A stretch of DNA of 64,000 nucleotides. It comes from an uncultured Spirochaetota bacterium. Its GTDB lineage: Bacteria; Spirochaetota; UBA4802; UBA5550. The translations under genes and the position numbers were made by a program. The DNA lies in assembly GCA_963827275.1 (NCBI GenBank), contig CAWHAA010000008.1:256001-320000 (forward strand), given 5' to 3'. Within the stretch, counting starts at the first letter, position 1. Each line of letters begins with the position of its first letter. The notes under the pieces are model-generated. The model was not told where the DNA came from and ran no database searches. It worked only from the letters and a program-made list of their open reading frames with translations. Below are positions 9,924 through 21,096 of this stretch, one piece after another.

Positions 9924-11471
9924 TTAACTGGAAAGCTTCCCGCCCAGGGTCTGGGCCAGTTTGCTGACGCGGTCCGACTGCTGGTGCATCTGAACCGCGC
10001 CCGCGGAGTTCGCCTGGGTGGCCTCATTGATCCCGGCAACGGCCCTGGTGATCTCGGTGACGGCCAGCTTCTGCTCCTCGGTCGCGATCCTCATCTCTTC
10101 GGAGGAAGCGATGCCGTTTTCGGCCTCTGAATTGACGGCAGTGTTGATCTCCTGCTGGTACTTCATCTTTTCGGATACCGTGTTGATCATTTCATTTATT
10201 CCGTTGATGCCCTCGATGATTCTGCTTATGACGGACACGGTTTCTTCGACCGCTTGTTTGCCCCTGTCGATTTCATCATTGTTGCTCTTGATATGGCTGT
10301 CGATCTCTTTGATGCTGGATGATGTCTGGTCGGCCAGCTTGCCGATTTCATCGGCGACGACCGCGAACCCCCTGCCGTGTTCGCCGGCGCGGGCCGCCTC
10401 AATGGCCGCGTTCAGTGAAAGCAGGTTGATTTTATCGGATATATCATTGATGATCCCGACGATGTTTTTCATTTCGTCCGAACTGCTGATTATCTTGCCC
10501 ATGCTGTCGCTCATGGTCGTCATGGACTGCCCGCCGCTGTTGGCCTGGCCCACGATCTCCTTGGTCGAACCGAGCGCCTTGATGATGGTCGCGCCCATAT
10601 CCGCTATGGCCTGGGTCTGCTCCCTTATTTTCATGAGCAGCCCTTCCATCCTGCCGTACTGTTCTTTCGCGTTCACGGCAATGGTGTCGACCCCGGCCGA
10701 GACCTCCTCTATGGACGCCATGATCTCCTCGGTCGTGGCAGCCTGGCTCTGTGTGTTTTGGGAAAAGGCCGAGGCCGTCATGGTCATGTCCTGGGAGGAC
10801 GAAGTCAGGTCGCGGGAGACCTCGGATATGGATTTCATCAGGTCCTGCACCTTCAGGTAGCTCTCACGGATCTGGTCGGCCTGCTGCTCCATGTTGTCGA
10901 GGGACTGCTTGTTTATGATCATGATGAAAAGCCCCACGGCAAAAGTGAAAATCAGCGAAAAGGAGGAATCGATCATTCCCACCTTTGCGGACTGAAGCTG
11001 GAGCCCTTCAAGGCGGGTACTTGCCAGGATATAAAAAACGATATCCGCAGACAGGAATATGAGAAAAAGAAACAAGACGAAGGAGCGTTTACAAAAAAGC
11101 ACCGTGGCCACCAGTATGGCTATCATGAAATATATATAAGTGTTGTATCCGTTGTGAACGTCCCTGCCCAATTTAATAAAAAGGCCCGCACTTACACCGA
11201 GCGCCATAATGCCGAAAATAAAATTCGCGGCCAGGTTATATTTACCGATCTTCAATATGATCAGGGTGATCACGCCTGATATTAAAACGGCCCAGATGGT
11301 AACGCCCGCCTGAACTACCAACTGCGGAACAAATATAACGAAGGAAATAAAAATCAACAGCATCAGGAGAATCGTCCAGAACGAGAAGAACATCAGTGCC
11401 CTGGCCTTTCTCTGGATGATAAAATTGGCAGATTCGTATTGAGTAAGAAAGAAGTTGGCTATCGTTTTCAT
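9924..11471 (-). CDS. Methyl-accepting chemotaxis protein with multi-TM sensor
   Basis: [33 protein letters not shown] signature; about 6 N-terminal TM segments. Confidence 0.95.
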   Translation of the reverse strand: MKTIANFFLTQYESANFIIQRKARALMFFSFWTILLMLLIFISFVIFVPQLVVQAGVTIWAVLISGVITLIILKIGKYNLAANFIFGIMALGVSAGLFIKLGRDVHNGYNTYIYFMIAILVATVLFCKRSFVLFLFLIFLSADIVFYILASTRLEGLQLQSAKVGMIDSSFSLIFTFAVGLFIMIINKQSLDNMEQQADQIRESYLKVQDLMKSISEVSRDLTSSSQDMTMTASAFSQNTQSQAATTEEIMASIEEVSAGVDTIAVNAKEQYGRMEGLLMKIREQTQAIADMGATIIKALGSTKEIVGQANSGGQSMTTMSDSMGKIISSSDEMKNIVGIINDISDKINLLSLNAAIEAARAGEHGRGFAVVADEIGKLADQTSSSIKEIDSHIKSNNDEIDRGKQAVEETVSVISRIIEGINGINEMINTVSEKMKYQQEINTAVNSEAENGIASSEEMRIATEEQKLAVTEITRAVAGINEATQANSAGAVQMHQQSDRVSKLAQTLGGKLSS

Positions 11472-11791
11472 CGGGTTTCCTGTTTTTTATCTGATAGTTG
11501 TCTGAAAAGTATCATAAAATATTTCCATTGAAAAATATTATATGATGTTATTATGAAGGTATGATAATACTGCATTATTAAAATTATTCAAATAATAAGC
11601 TACAGTCAAGATATATCATTATTAATTCAAGAATAATACTGCAATTGGAACTGATGTTGATGGCAAAATATTTACTATGCAGGAATTCCTTCCTTCCGGG
11701 AACGGGGACCCCTCGGCTGAAGATCATTTATGGTGAATGCGTGCCCCTGTGGAGGAGCAGGAGGGTCTGGATGTAAAGGGTGCGGGGCATG

Positions 11792-12460
11792 TTAGCGGTC
11801 CCTGGTCGCCCTTTCGCGCAGCTCCTTCACGTTTTTGTTTACGTCACCCCCCTTGAAGGCGGAGCTGCCGGCGACGATGATCTCCGCCCCCGCCCGCACG
11901 ACGCGGGCGATGTTGTCCAGATTGATGCCGCCGTCGACCTGGATGCGGGTCTTTGTCCCGGCAGTGGTGATGAAGGCGGAAAGCTTTTCTATTCTTCCGA
12001 TCGCCGGCTCCATGAACGACTGGCCGTAGAAGCCCGGCTCGACCGACATGACCAGGGCCATGTCGGCGTAGGGGAGGAGATCGAAGATCGATTCCACCGG
12101 CGTGGACGGGTTGATGGAGATGCCGGCGACGATGCCCGCGCCGCGGATCTGCTGCAGCACCCTGGCCGGGAACCTGGTGCTTTCGTAGTGGATGACGAGC
12201 GACCAGGGCCCTGTCTCGATATACTGGTCGATGGACCGCCCCGGCTGCTCGATCATCAGGTGGACGTCAAGGGGGATGGCGGTATGCGCCTTGAGCGACT
12301 TGATGTAGCCCGGCCCGAAGGTCAGGTTGGGGACGAAGTTGCCGTCCATCACGTCAAGGTGCAGCAGGTCGATGCACCCCGCGTCAAAGCCGCGGACCTG
12401 TTCGCCGATCGTCGTCAGGTCGGCCGCTATTATGGAGGGGGATATCAGTATTTTTTTCAT
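11792..12460 (-). CDS. rpe: Ribulose-phosphate 3-epimerase
   Basis: SPSI, HLDVMDGNFVPNLTFG, DVHLMI, MSVEPGFYGQ, VDGGI. Confidence 0.97.
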   Translation of the reverse strand: MKKILISPSIIAADLTTIGEQVRGFDAGCIDLLHLDVMDGNFVPNLTFGPGYIKSLKAHTAIPLDVHLMIEQPGRSIDQYIETGPWSLVIHYESTRFPARVLQQIRGAGIVAGISINPSTPVESIFDLLPYADMALVMSVEPGFYGQSFMEPAIGRIEKLSAFITTAGTKTRIQVDGGINLDNIARVVRAGAEIIVAGSSAFKGGDVNKNVKELRERATRDR

Positions 12461-12470
12461 GTCACTCCGC

Positions 12471-13484
12471 TTAATCCACGTCTATGTCAAAATCGTCTAT
12501 CGGTTTTTTGTTCCGGCGTATCGTTATCACGGCGTTTCCCTCGCGCCTGAAAACAAAGATGATCTTCTCTTTCGGTCCCGCTTTTTTTGAGAAACGGACC
12601 CGCTTGGAGTATGCGTCCTCTATGTAGGCCTCGAACAGGCCCGGCTGCTCATCGTCGGGGATCTCGTATTCAACCTTCTCGTACGCGGTATACGGGTGCT
12701 TGTCGATAGCGAACCAGTTGACGCGAAGCGTGCAGGTACCGCCCCTTGCCACTGCCGTGCCCCTGGCAGGGGCCTGCGATACGATAGTGCCGCTTTCGGT
12801 GATGTCGCCGGTCGGGACGACCTCCTGGATGACGGTGAGGCCCTTCGCGCGGAGAAGGTCATAACAGAGCTCTATCGACTGGCCCGTTACGTTTGGCATG
12901 AAGGCGTCCGGCGCGCTTTTGCCCGCCGACACCAGCAGGTTGATCCTCCTCTCGGGCCTGATTTTTTCACCGGCCCCCGGGCTCTGGTCTATGACGATAT
13001 TGTCCGCGACCTTCGACGAGGGGATGAAGGAGATGACGCCGGTGCCGAGCGAGAGCGTCTTTTCGTGACGGTGGATATTCTTCAGGTTGTTCAGCGCCAG
13101 GGGAAGCTCCTTGCCCACCAGGTTCGGGACCTCGATGGTATACCGTGACCGGCTCACCGTGAGTTTTATTTTGCTGTTAGCGGGCACGACCTTGCCGCTC
13201 TTCGGGTACTGCGAGAGCACCGTGCCGTCATCGATATCGGGGATGTCCTTGAACTTGATGTCCGGCTTTATGTTTTTCCGTATCAGGCTGTTGTATACCT
13301 CGATGAACTGCTTGCCTTCGACATCCGGGACCACGACCTCCTGCTCGGGTTTGGTCAGGAAGATGAGGATGATGGTTGAAATGACGAGAAAAAGCGAAAA
13401 GCCGATGACAAATATGACCGCGATGCGGCCGATCTGGCCCCAGTATCTGAACTTTTCCTTGCCGGATTGATCTTTTGTGTTCAT
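12471..13484 (-). CDS. Membrane-anchored PASTA-domain protein (3 PASTA, no kinase)
   Basis: One TM helix, then VPDVEGK, VPNLVGK and MPNVTGQ repeats each with a QxP motif; likely start MNTKDQ at 13484. Confidence 0.88.
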   Translation of the reverse strand: MNTKDQSGKEKFRYWGQIGRIAVIFVIGFSLFLVISTIILIFLTKPEQEVVVPDVEGKQFIEVYNSLIRKNIKPDIKFKDIPDIDDGTVLSQYPKSGKVVPANSKIKLTVSRSRYTIEVPNLVGKELPLALNNLKNIHRHEKTLSLGTGVISFIPSSKVADNIVIDQSPGAGEKIRPERRINLLVSAGKSAPDAFMPNVTGQSIELCYDLLRAKGLTVIQEVVPTGDITESGTIVSQAPARGTAVARGGTCTLRVNWFAIDKHPYTAYEKVEYEIPDDEQPGLFEAYIEDAYSKRVRFSKKAGPKEKIIFVFRREGNAVITIRRNKKPIDDFDIDVD

Positions 13485-13861
13485 GTGATAACTCTCGGAA
13501 TCTTTATACACGCATCTTCGGCCGCTTGTTCCGCCCCGCGCGCTCATTATGTCATGTTGCGATAAAAACGGAAAGAGGCTTCCATTACGGGAGCAGATTT
13601 GTCTTTTTGACCCCGAACCGGTATTTGTCAATAAAAAAACGGATAATGGCAGACTCGCCGCTACAGGGTATGCTCTGCTGGCCAAGGCCCTTCCCGCTTG
13701 TCCGCCGCACCGCGGGCGGGGCAGGGAGGAATAATAAGAAAAACGGCAAGATCCTTCTCCAGGCACGGGAAAATTTAAAGAAAATATCGATATTCAACGA
13801 CAATTGAGATAGGGCGTCATTCGCAAAAGAGCATACGACCACCTGCGCCCGGACGGAACCT

Positions 13862-14989
13862 ATGGACAGCGAAATTAAATTATTGTTCATGTCAGACCTT
13901 CACCTCGGAATAAAGGGCGATTATCCGGAGATACCCGAGCATGCGCGGATGAGCACGTTCAAGCGTATCATGGCCATTGCGCGGGATCACGACCTCCTCC
14001 TCATCGGCGGGGACCTGATCGACTCGAACGCGGTGGATAACGATATCATCGATCTGATCAGGACCGAGTTCGAGTACCTGAAGGGCGCCAATACGGAAAT
14101 AGTCTATACCCCCGGCACCGGCGAGCTGGGAAGCCGGGCGGTTATGCCCTCCTTTCTCCTTGATCTGAATGTATCCTGCCTCTTTTCAAACACGTTCAAT
14201 CCTTCGCCGTACATGTATGAGAAGAACGGGCAGAAGCTTTTTATCTACGGCGTTCCCGCAACGTCGGGGTTCGATATCTCGAAGATACGGAAGATATCGG
14301 ATGAGGGCTTCCATCTCGGCCTGTTTCACGTCGATTTTGATTTTGACGGGGAGGCCGGCGCCAGTCCGGTCTACCGCATCCAGAAAAACGACATACGGAC
14401 CGTGGGCCTCGATTTTTACGCCTTCGGCTTCAATCACAATTTCCGCATGTTCAAGATCATGGACCGGATCATCGGCGTTTGCCCGGGCACGCCGGAATCC
14501 ACCTCGTTGAATGAGCTGGGGGACCGGTACGTGATATCCATCGTGATCAAGGAAAACCGGCTGTACCAGATAAAGCGCCTTACCGTCAACTCCATGAAGC
14601 TGTTTAAAAACTCGGTTGATTGCTCGGACCTGGTCACGATGGGCCCCATCAAGGAGCTGCTTGAGGGCAACAAGTCAAAGAAGGCGGTACAGCTGCTGCT
14701 GCTTTCAGGCCGCAGGGATTTTGTCCTCCACCGGCAGGATCTGGAAGAGTACGAAAAAGATTTTCATACGCTGGTCATCGACGACCGGAGCGAACCCACG
14801 CTCGAGGCGCTGGTCGAGGAATTTCAGAACGAGAAAACCCTGCGGGGGGAATTTTACAGGTTGATCAAAGAGCAGATTGACCGGGACGGAATTCCGCGTG
14901 ATATTGACAGGTCTGATTTTGCGGCGTCACTCAACAGAATATCGAAAGACGGGTTTGAGAACCTGGAGGAATGGCTGTGCAATTTATAA
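13862..14989 (+). CDS. SbcD/Mre11/YhaO-like metallophosphoesterase with degenerate motifs
   Basis: SDLHLG and GGDLID are intact; the C-terminal TLRGEF tail resembles YhaO-like proteins; motifs III and V are altered. Confidence 0.75.
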   Translation: MDSEIKLLFMSDLHLGIKGDYPEIPEHARMSTFKRIMAIARDHDLLLIGGDLIDSNAVDNDIIDLIRTEFEYLKGANTEIVYTPGTGELGSRAVMPSFLLDLNVSCLFSNTFNPSPYMYEKNGQKLFIYGVPATSGFDISKIRKISDEGFHLGLFHVDFDFDGEAGASPVYRIQKNDIRTVGLDFYAFGFNHNFRMFKIMDRIIGVCPGTPESTSLNELGDRYVISIVIKENRLYQIKRLTVNSMKLFKNSVDCSDLVTMGPIKELLEGNKSKKAVQLLLLSGRRDFVLHRQDLEEYEKDFHTLVIDDRSEPTLEALVEEFQNEKTLRGEFYRLIKEQIDRDGIPRDIDRSDFAASLNRISKDGFENLEEWLCNL

Positions 14990-17121
14990 AGTGCATAGTG
15001 TACAAGCACGGGTTGTTCGACAACCGGGTTCTCGATTTCAGCGACCGGTTGACCGTCGTGTACGGGAAGAACGGGTCCGGGAAGAGCCTGCTGGCGCGGA
15101 GCATGGTGGACGCGGTGTGGGGAAAATTCACGGGCCGGAATCTCCTCGGTGACGATGTGTGGAATTCCCTTTACATGGACATCCTCTTTTCCATCTCAGA
15201 TTCGGGATGGTACCGCATCTGCAACACCAGTGATTCAAGCTACCGGGTGCACTATGTCCGGAACAACAGGGAGAAACTGCTCTACGCGGAAACGAAGATA
15301 CATGCCGCGGGGGGCGCGGTACGGGATGAAATCGGCGCCTCTGCCGAAGGAAAGCAGTTCCTGGAGTTCATCGACCGGATTGACAGCAACACCTTCATGC
15401 ATTCGTCATTTGTCCCGTCGTCAACCGACCTTGCCGGCGGGACCATCATTGATTACGGGGCGCTGAAGAGGATACTCCTGAATGACAGGTCTGATTTCTA
15501 CGGCATCTTCACGAACCTCAACACGCTGTTCAGCGGCACCCTTGCCGGCGATGCCCTTCCCCCCGAGGTGCTCCGGTACGAAGAGAAGAAGCGGGACCTG
15601 GAGAAGCGGATACAGATCGTCGATATCAGCGGTTCGCGCCATGAAAAGCTGATAAGGGAAAAGAAATCAATCCAGCGTGAAGTCGATGAGCTGAACAGCT
15701 CGCTTGTTTCGCTGGGCAGCCAGAAGGAGATACTTGCCAAAATTATCGAAAACCTGAACAAGGTTGAAGAGCTCAAGGGAGAGTTCGAGGCGATCAAGGA
15801 CGAGATACAGGACGAACAGCGGAAGATCAAATCAATTTCTGAAATGAAGAGCGAGCTTGACACCATGTTCCCTCAGTTCAGCGATATTGACATAACCGAC
15901 ATCAACAACCTGGACCATCTGCAGGAGGTCTTCAACGATATACGGAACCTGAACGAGAAGATCGATACCATCTATTTTTCCCGCGAGCTGAAGAAACGGA
16001 AATTGAAGAAGGCGGCCGTCGCGATCGCCGCTGTCGGTCTTGCCGCCGTTCTCGGGATACTTGCCAGGGACGGCTTTGATCTCCTCCGGCACCTTCCGGT
16101 CTGGGGCGGCATCCTGGGCATCGTCTGCGCCGTTGTCGCGTCGATAGCCCTGTACCTGTTTGCCGCTTCCCGGGATGCGGAGATAGACCGTCTCGAGGAG
16201 GAGCGGCAGGGCTACAAGGAGCGGATCAAGGTCCTCATGGAAAAAAGCAAAGTCGAGGTTGAGGACTTCAAGCTGACCGAAATATACGAGCTGCTCCTCC
16301 AGTACTTCGAGGACTACGTCAACTACACCGAACGGAGGAAGGACCTCGCCAGGATCAAAAGCTCCCTGAAAGAAGAAGAATACATGGTGCGGATACAGAA
16401 TAAGCTTGACGCTCTCAAGAGAGAGGAGGAGATCATAAAAGACGAAATCCACACGAGCATCGACACGCTGAACATTGTTGATGATATTGAAAATGAGACA
16501 AGCAAGATAGAGGAGCTGATACGTAATATCGAAACAGAGAGTGCTATCATACGGGAGAAGGCGGCGACCAAGGACAGCATCCTTCAGCAGATCGACGCCG
16601 AATTCATCCAGGCGGCCGGCAACAGCGGCGCCATGAACGCGCTCATCGAGGAAAAGAAGAGCGTGGACCGCATCCTGAAAAAATGGAAGGTCAACCGTAA
16701 TTCAATGCGGTACATCACGGAAACCCTGGCCCGGTCGGCGGACAGGAGCGAGGAAAAGCAGTTCAGGAAGCTCCTTGACGGGACGCTCGAAAAGTTCAAC
16801 CATCTGACCGGTAACCAGTATATCACCACCATCGACGATGCCATGCTGATGCGGCTGATAACCGAGAACAGGATACTCCCCGAGATGACCCCGCCGGTCA
16901 TCCATGCCCTTCTCCTGTCGCTGAAGTTCACCATTTCCGATTTCCTGATAAACGGCGAGGCGGCGATCCCATTATTGATTGACGAACCGTTCCAATTCAT
17001 GGATGATGAACGGTGCGGCAGGTTCAGGGACCTGGTGATGGAAATCGCACGCAGGCGGCAGGTGATCATATTCACCCATCACAGCAACAAGCGGAACTGG
17101 GGCGGCTACATAGAGCTATAA
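14971..17121 (+). CDS. SbcC/Rad50/YhaN-like SMC-type ATPase with coiled coil and two central TM helices
   Basis: Walker A GKNGSGKS, long coiled coil, Walker B/D-loop LLIDEPFQFMDDER, H-loop IIFTHH; overlaps the upstream gene. Confidence 0.8.
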   Translation: MAVQFIKCIVYKHGLFDNRVLDFSDRLTVVYGKNGSGKSLLARSMVDAVWGKFTGRNLLGDDVWNSLYMDILFSISDSGWYRICNTSDSSYRVHYVRNNREKLLYAETKIHAAGGAVRDEIGASAEGKQFLEFIDRIDSNTFMHSSFVPSSTDLAGGTIIDYGALKRILLNDRSDFYGIFTNLNTLFSGTLAGDALPPEVLRYEEKKRDLEKRIQIVDISGSRHEKLIREKKSIQREVDELNSSLVSLGSQKEILAKIIENLNKVEELKGEFEAIKDEIQDEQRKIKSISEMKSELDTMFPQFSDIDITDINNLDHLQEVFNDIRNLNEKIDTIYFSRELKKRKLKKAAVAIAAVGLAAVLGILARDGFDLLRHLPVWGGILGIVCAVVASIALYLFAASRDAEIDRLEEERQGYKERIKVLMEKSKVEVEDFKLTEIYELLLQYFEDYVNYTERRKDLARIKSSLKEEEYMVRIQNKLDALKREEEIIKDEIHTSIDTLNIVDDIENETSKIEELIRNIETESAIIREKAATKDSILQQIDAEFIQAAGNSGAMNALIEEKKSVDRILKKWKVNRNSMRYITETLARSADRSEEKQFRKLLDGTLEKFNHLTGNQYITTIDDAMLMRLITENRILPEMTPPVIHALLLSLKFTISDFLINGEAAIPLLIDEPFQFMDDERCGRFRDLVMEIARRRQVIIFTHHSNKRNWGGYIEL

Positions 17122-17127
17122 GGCGCG

Positions 17128-18108
17128 ATGGACAAGAACGGTCAACTTACATTTTCGGACGATCCGATACTGAACGGCATCAACGAGGTCTACCAGCTCC
17201 TCGAGCGGGGGGAGTTCGCGGCCGCGGTCGGAAAGATTGACGAGCTCATGGACATCGATGCCGATTATCCCGGCCTCATAGAGGCCTACCGCGTGGCGAA
17301 ATTCTGGCACAACCGCGAGCGGGAGATGAAGACGCTCGAAGAGGGAAAGGACACCGCCGAATTCCTTATGCGGGAGTGGGAAATTTTCGATGAATATTCG
17401 GAGAGCAAGAACCTCTCGTCCTCGTCCGCGTTCAAGTCGGCCATGCGGTATATTTTCTTCAAGGCGGCGGACCACTATAAATTCGCGTTCCGCGAACAGC
17501 AGGACACTTCGAGCAACTTCCAGTTTCTCCTTAACCTGGGGGACTGTTTTTTACGCCTCGAGGAATACACCAATGCCATCGAGACCCTTGAGTACGCGAA
17601 GGGATCTTACAAGAGCAACGCGCGGCTCATGGCGATACTGGGAGAGGCGTACTTCCACACGGGCGACATACCGAAGAGCCTCATCTGCTTCCGCGAGGCG
17701 TTTTTCATCGATCCGGCGGAGATCGACCTGGGCACCCTGAAAGCCAGGCCGATCGTGGAGCTGGCGGAGATCGTTAAAAAGGAGCGGGCCGGCCAGAAGG
17801 ACATCAACGAATGGATCCCCATCTACGGGTTCATCCATGATGTTTTTTACGTCAAGCGGAACCTGAACGCGCACCAGGTCGAGAGCATCGAGAAGGACGT
17901 CTACAGCCTTGAAACGACCTACCAGAAGATGAACCGGACGCAGGTGGAGTCCTCGAACATCGTGCCCCGCCTCATCAACAAGTACCTCTGGCTCATCGAT
18001 TACTACACCCTCCAGAGCTACAATTTCGACACCGTGTCCCAGATCAGGGACCGGCTGCTCGCCATCGACCGCAATCTGTTCCAGGACTACTTCAGCAAGA
18101 AAAAATAG
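17128..18108 (+). CDS. Tetratricopeptide-repeat protein
   Basis: LGDCFLRLEEYTNAIETLEYA and LGEAYFHTGDIPKSLICFREAFFIDP TPR-like helices; starts 6 bp after the ATPase gene. Confidence 0.75.
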   Translation: MDKNGQLTFSDDPILNGINEVYQLLERGEFAAAVGKIDELMDIDADYPGLIEAYRVAKFWHNREREMKTLEEGKDTAEFLMREWEIFDEYSESKNLSSSSAFKSAMRYIFFKAADHYKFAFREQQDTSSNFQFLLNLGDCFLRLEEYTNAIETLEYAKGSYKSNARLMAILGEAYFHTGDIPKSLICFREAFFIDPAEIDLGTLKARPIVELAEIVKKERAGQKDINEWIPIYGFIHDVFYVKRNLNAHQVESIEKDVYSLETTYQKMNRTQVESSNIVPRLINKYLWLIDYYTLQSYNFDTVSQIRDRLLAIDRNLFQDYFSKKK

Positions 18109-18183
18109 GGATTGTCCCGCATGCCCTCGGGATCCCCCGGAGGGGGGATTACACGATAGCACCGTTACACGGCCGGCGCGGGC

Positions 18184-18217
18184 AAAAAAAAAGCGCGGAT
18201 TTGCATCCGCGCTTTTT
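18184..18217. terminator. Bidirectional rho-independent terminator (acs / TPR gene)
   Basis: A9-GCGCGGAT-TTGC-ATCCGCGC-T5; the loop reads GCAA on the minus strand. Confidence 0.85.
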
Positions 18218-18236
18218 GTGTTCTCTGTAACGAGGC

Positions 18237-20219
18237 TTACTTGCCCTGCGCTTCCTTCGCGCCGGCGATCAGCGTGTCAACGACACTCGGGTCGGCGAGG
18301 GTCGAGGTGTCGCCCATGCCGCTCTTGTCGAAGTCGCTGGCCGCGATCTTCTTGAGGATCCGCCGCATGATCTTGCCTGAACGGGTCTTGGGAAGAACGT
18401 CCGCCCACTGGATGATGTCCGGTGTGGCGATGGGGCCGATCTCCTTGCGGACCGTCGCGACGAGCTCTTTCTTGAGTTCGTCTGACTTCGCAATGCCGGA
18501 TTTCAGCGTTACGAACGCGTAGATCGACTGGCCTTTGATCGGGTGCGGGTAACCGACGACAGCGGACTCGGCCACGTTCTTGTTGGATACGAGGGCCGAT
18601 TCGACTTCAGCGGTGCCCATCCGGTGCCCGGATACGTTGATAACGTCGTCAACGCGGCCGGTGATCTGATAGTAGCCGTCCTTGTCGCGCTTGCAGCCGT
18701 CACCGGTGAAGTATTTGCCCGGGAACTGCGCGAAGTAGGTGTCGAACATCCGCTTAGGATCTCCGTACACGCCTATCATCTGGCCCGGCCATGACCGCTT
18801 GATGCAGAGGTTGCCGGTGCAGACGCCTTCGAGCTCCTTGCCCTCGTCGTCAACGATGCAGGGCTCGACGCCGAAGAAGGGAACCGTCGCCATGGCGGGT
18901 TTGATGTCGATGGCGCCGGGGAGCGGGGTGATGAGGATACCGCCGGTCTCTGTTTGCCACCAGGTGTCAACAATCGGGCACTCGCCGCGGCCGATCTTCT
19001 GATAGTACCAGTTCCAGGCTTCGGGGTTCAGTGGCTCGCCCACTGATCCGAGGAGCTGGAGGCTCTTGATGTTGTGCTTGTCAACCCAGCTGTCGCCTTC
19101 TTTCGCGATGGCGCGGATGGCGGTCGGCGCTGTGTAGAATATGTTGACTTTGTGCTTCTCGACTACTGCCCAGAAGCGGCCCGGATCCGGATAGTTGGGA
19201 ACGCCTTCGAACATGACGGTGGTCGCGCCGTTGGCGAGAGGACCGTAGCAGATGTAGGAGTGCCCGGTTACCCAGCCGATGTCGGCGGTACACCAATAGA
19301 TGTCGCCATCATGGTAATCGAAGATCATCTTGTGGGTAAAGGCACAGAAGGTCAGGTATCCGCCGGTGCTGTGCATGGCGCCTTTCGGCTTTCCGGTTGA
19401 GCCGGAGGTGTAGAGAATGAAGAGAGGATCATTCGCATCGACCTGCTCGGGTTCGCATTTCGCGTCAACCTTCGCCATTTCCGCATCGTACCATTTGTCA
19501 ACCTTGTCGTTCCAGGTGCACTTGATCTGGTCGCCGACCCGTTTCACGACGATGTGGGTTTTTACCTGCGGGCATTCCGTAAGGGCCTTGTCCGCGTTGT
19601 CTTTCTGGGGAACGGCCTTGGCGCCGCGGAACGTACCGTCGCAGGATACGAGCACGCGGGTATCGCTGTCATTGACCCGGTCGCGGAGCGCTTCAGCTGA
19701 GAAGCCGCCGAATACGACACAGTGGACAGCGCCGATGCGTGAAGAGGCGAGAATGCCTATCATCAGCTCGGGAATCATCGGCAGATAGAAAGTGACGCGG
19801 TCGCCTTTCTTGACGCCGTTTTTCTTGAGAACGTTCGCGAATTTGCAGACTTCTTCATGCAGCTGCTTGTAGGTGAACTTCCTCGTTTCGCTGGGGTCGT
19901 TGCCTTCCCAGATGAGGGCTAACTGGTTCCCTCTTTTGTCCAGGTGCCTGTCGAGGCAGTTGTAGGACACGTTCAGTTTGGCGCCCTTGAACCACTCGAC
20001 TTTGAAGTCTTTCATGTCCTTGGCATAGTTGCTGCTGTTGACAACGTCCCATTTCTTGAACCAGGTCACGTACTCCTCGGCAATCTTTGCCCAGAAGGCG
20101 TCTGAATCTGCAAGGGACTCTTTCCACATTTTTTCGTAGTCAGCGCGGCTTTTGATGTATGCCTTTTTTTTGAAACTTTCGGGCACTGGATAAATCTCTT
20201 TAAGAGTAACTTCAGCCAT
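18237..20219 (-). CDS. acs: Acetyl-CoA synthetase (AMP-forming)
   Basis: [53 protein letters not shown]. Confidence 0.98.
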   Translation of the reverse strand: MAEVTLKEIYPVPESFKKKAYIKSRADYEKMWKESLADSDAFWAKIAEEYVTWFKKWDVVNSSNYAKDMKDFKVEWFKGAKLNVSYNCLDRHLDKRGNQLALIWEGNDPSETRKFTYKQLHEEVCKFANVLKKNGVKKGDRVTFYLPMIPELMIGILASSRIGAVHCVVFGGFSAEALRDRVNDSDTRVLVSCDGTFRGAKAVPQKDNADKALTECPQVKTHIVVKRVGDQIKCTWNDKVDKWYDAEMAKVDAKCEPEQVDANDPLFILYTSGSTGKPKGAMHSTGGYLTFCAFTHKMIFDYHDGDIYWCTADIGWVTGHSYICYGPLANGATTVMFEGVPNYPDPGRFWAVVEKHKVNIFYTAPTAIRAIAKEGDSWVDKHNIKSLQLLGSVGEPLNPEAWNWYYQKIGRGECPIVDTWWQTETGGILITPLPGAIDIKPAMATVPFFGVEPCIVDDEGKELEGVCTGNLCIKRSWPGQMIGVYGDPKRMFDTYFAQFPGKYFTGDGCKRDKDGYYQITGRVDDVINVSGHRMGTAEVESALVSNKNVAESAVVGYPHPIKGQSIYAFVTLKSGIAKSDELKKELVATVRKEIGPIATPDIIQWADVLPKTRSGKIMRRILKKIAASDFDKSGMGDTSTLADPSVVDTLIAGAKEAQGK

Positions 20220-20295
20220 GTACTACCTCCCATAAAATTTTTAATTATTTATTATTGGTCTTCGCCGGTGTATCTATTATTGCAAAACTGCTTAA

Positions 20296-20931
20296 TTACC
20301 GGGGAATCTCAATATATTTTTTTTCGGTCATACTGCGCAACTCTTTTTGCCGCAGATATTCCGATATTAAACGATCGTATCCGGACGTCATCTCGAAGAC
20401 CTTGACGGCCAGCTGCAAATTGGTCTCCGGCGTTACGGCGCCGTTGTTTGCCCTCATGTCATCGATGACCATCCGGTAGTCATCCGCGTCGACCACGACG
20501 GTCACGCTCTCGAAATTCTTTGCAGCGGACCGGAGGAGCGCGATTCCGCCGATGTCTATGGTGTTCATCACGTCGTTCAAAGAGCGTCCCGCGAAGCCTG
20601 CCGCGTGCTCAAAGCCGTTCACGTTCACCACGACCATGTCGATACTCTCGATGTTATACCGGTCCATCTCGCGGAGATGCTCGGGATTTGAGCGCACACC
20701 CAGCAGACCGCCGTGGATCTTAGGATGGAGGGTCTTGACCCTTCCGTCCATCATTTCGGGAAATCCGGTATAATCGGACACGTCCATGAGCTCCAGTCCG
20801 TTTTCCCTGAGAATCCTGGCCGTTCCTCCAGTTGAAATGAACTGGATATTGTATTTCGCTATCTCCCTGGCAAAATCCACAATTCCGGTCTTGTCGGATA
20901 CACTGAGAAGAGCCTTGCTAATTTTTGCCAT
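20296..20931 (-). CDS. purH: Stand-alone IMP cyclohydrolase (PurH N-terminal MGS-like domain only)
   Basis: ALLSVSDKTGI, STGGTA, TGFPEMMDGRVKTLHPKIHGGLL, IDIGG, AAKN; ends at the domain boundary with no AICAR transformylase half. Confidence 0.8.
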   Translation of the reverse strand: MAKISKALLSVSDKTGIVDFAREIAKYNIQFISTGGTARILRENGLELMDVSDYTGFPEMMDGRVKTLHPKIHGGLLGVRSNPEHLREMDRYNIESIDMVVVNVNGFEHAAGFAGRSLNDVMNTIDIGGIALLRSAAKNFESVTVVVDADDYRMVIDDMRANNGAVTPETNLQLAVKVFEMTSGYDRLISEYLRQKELRSMTEKKYIEIPR

Positions 20932-21096
20932 AGGGATTGATCAAACTTCACAGGATTTTCTCTGAATACGCTTTCTATCGCATGCGTAGTTCGACACAAT
21001 ACCAATTACCAAAGGGTATAATAAAAAAACAAGTATTTTTTGCGTGAATTTCAGAAATGGTCGGTCCGGGAGAGCGCCGAACGGCCGGCCGGCATC

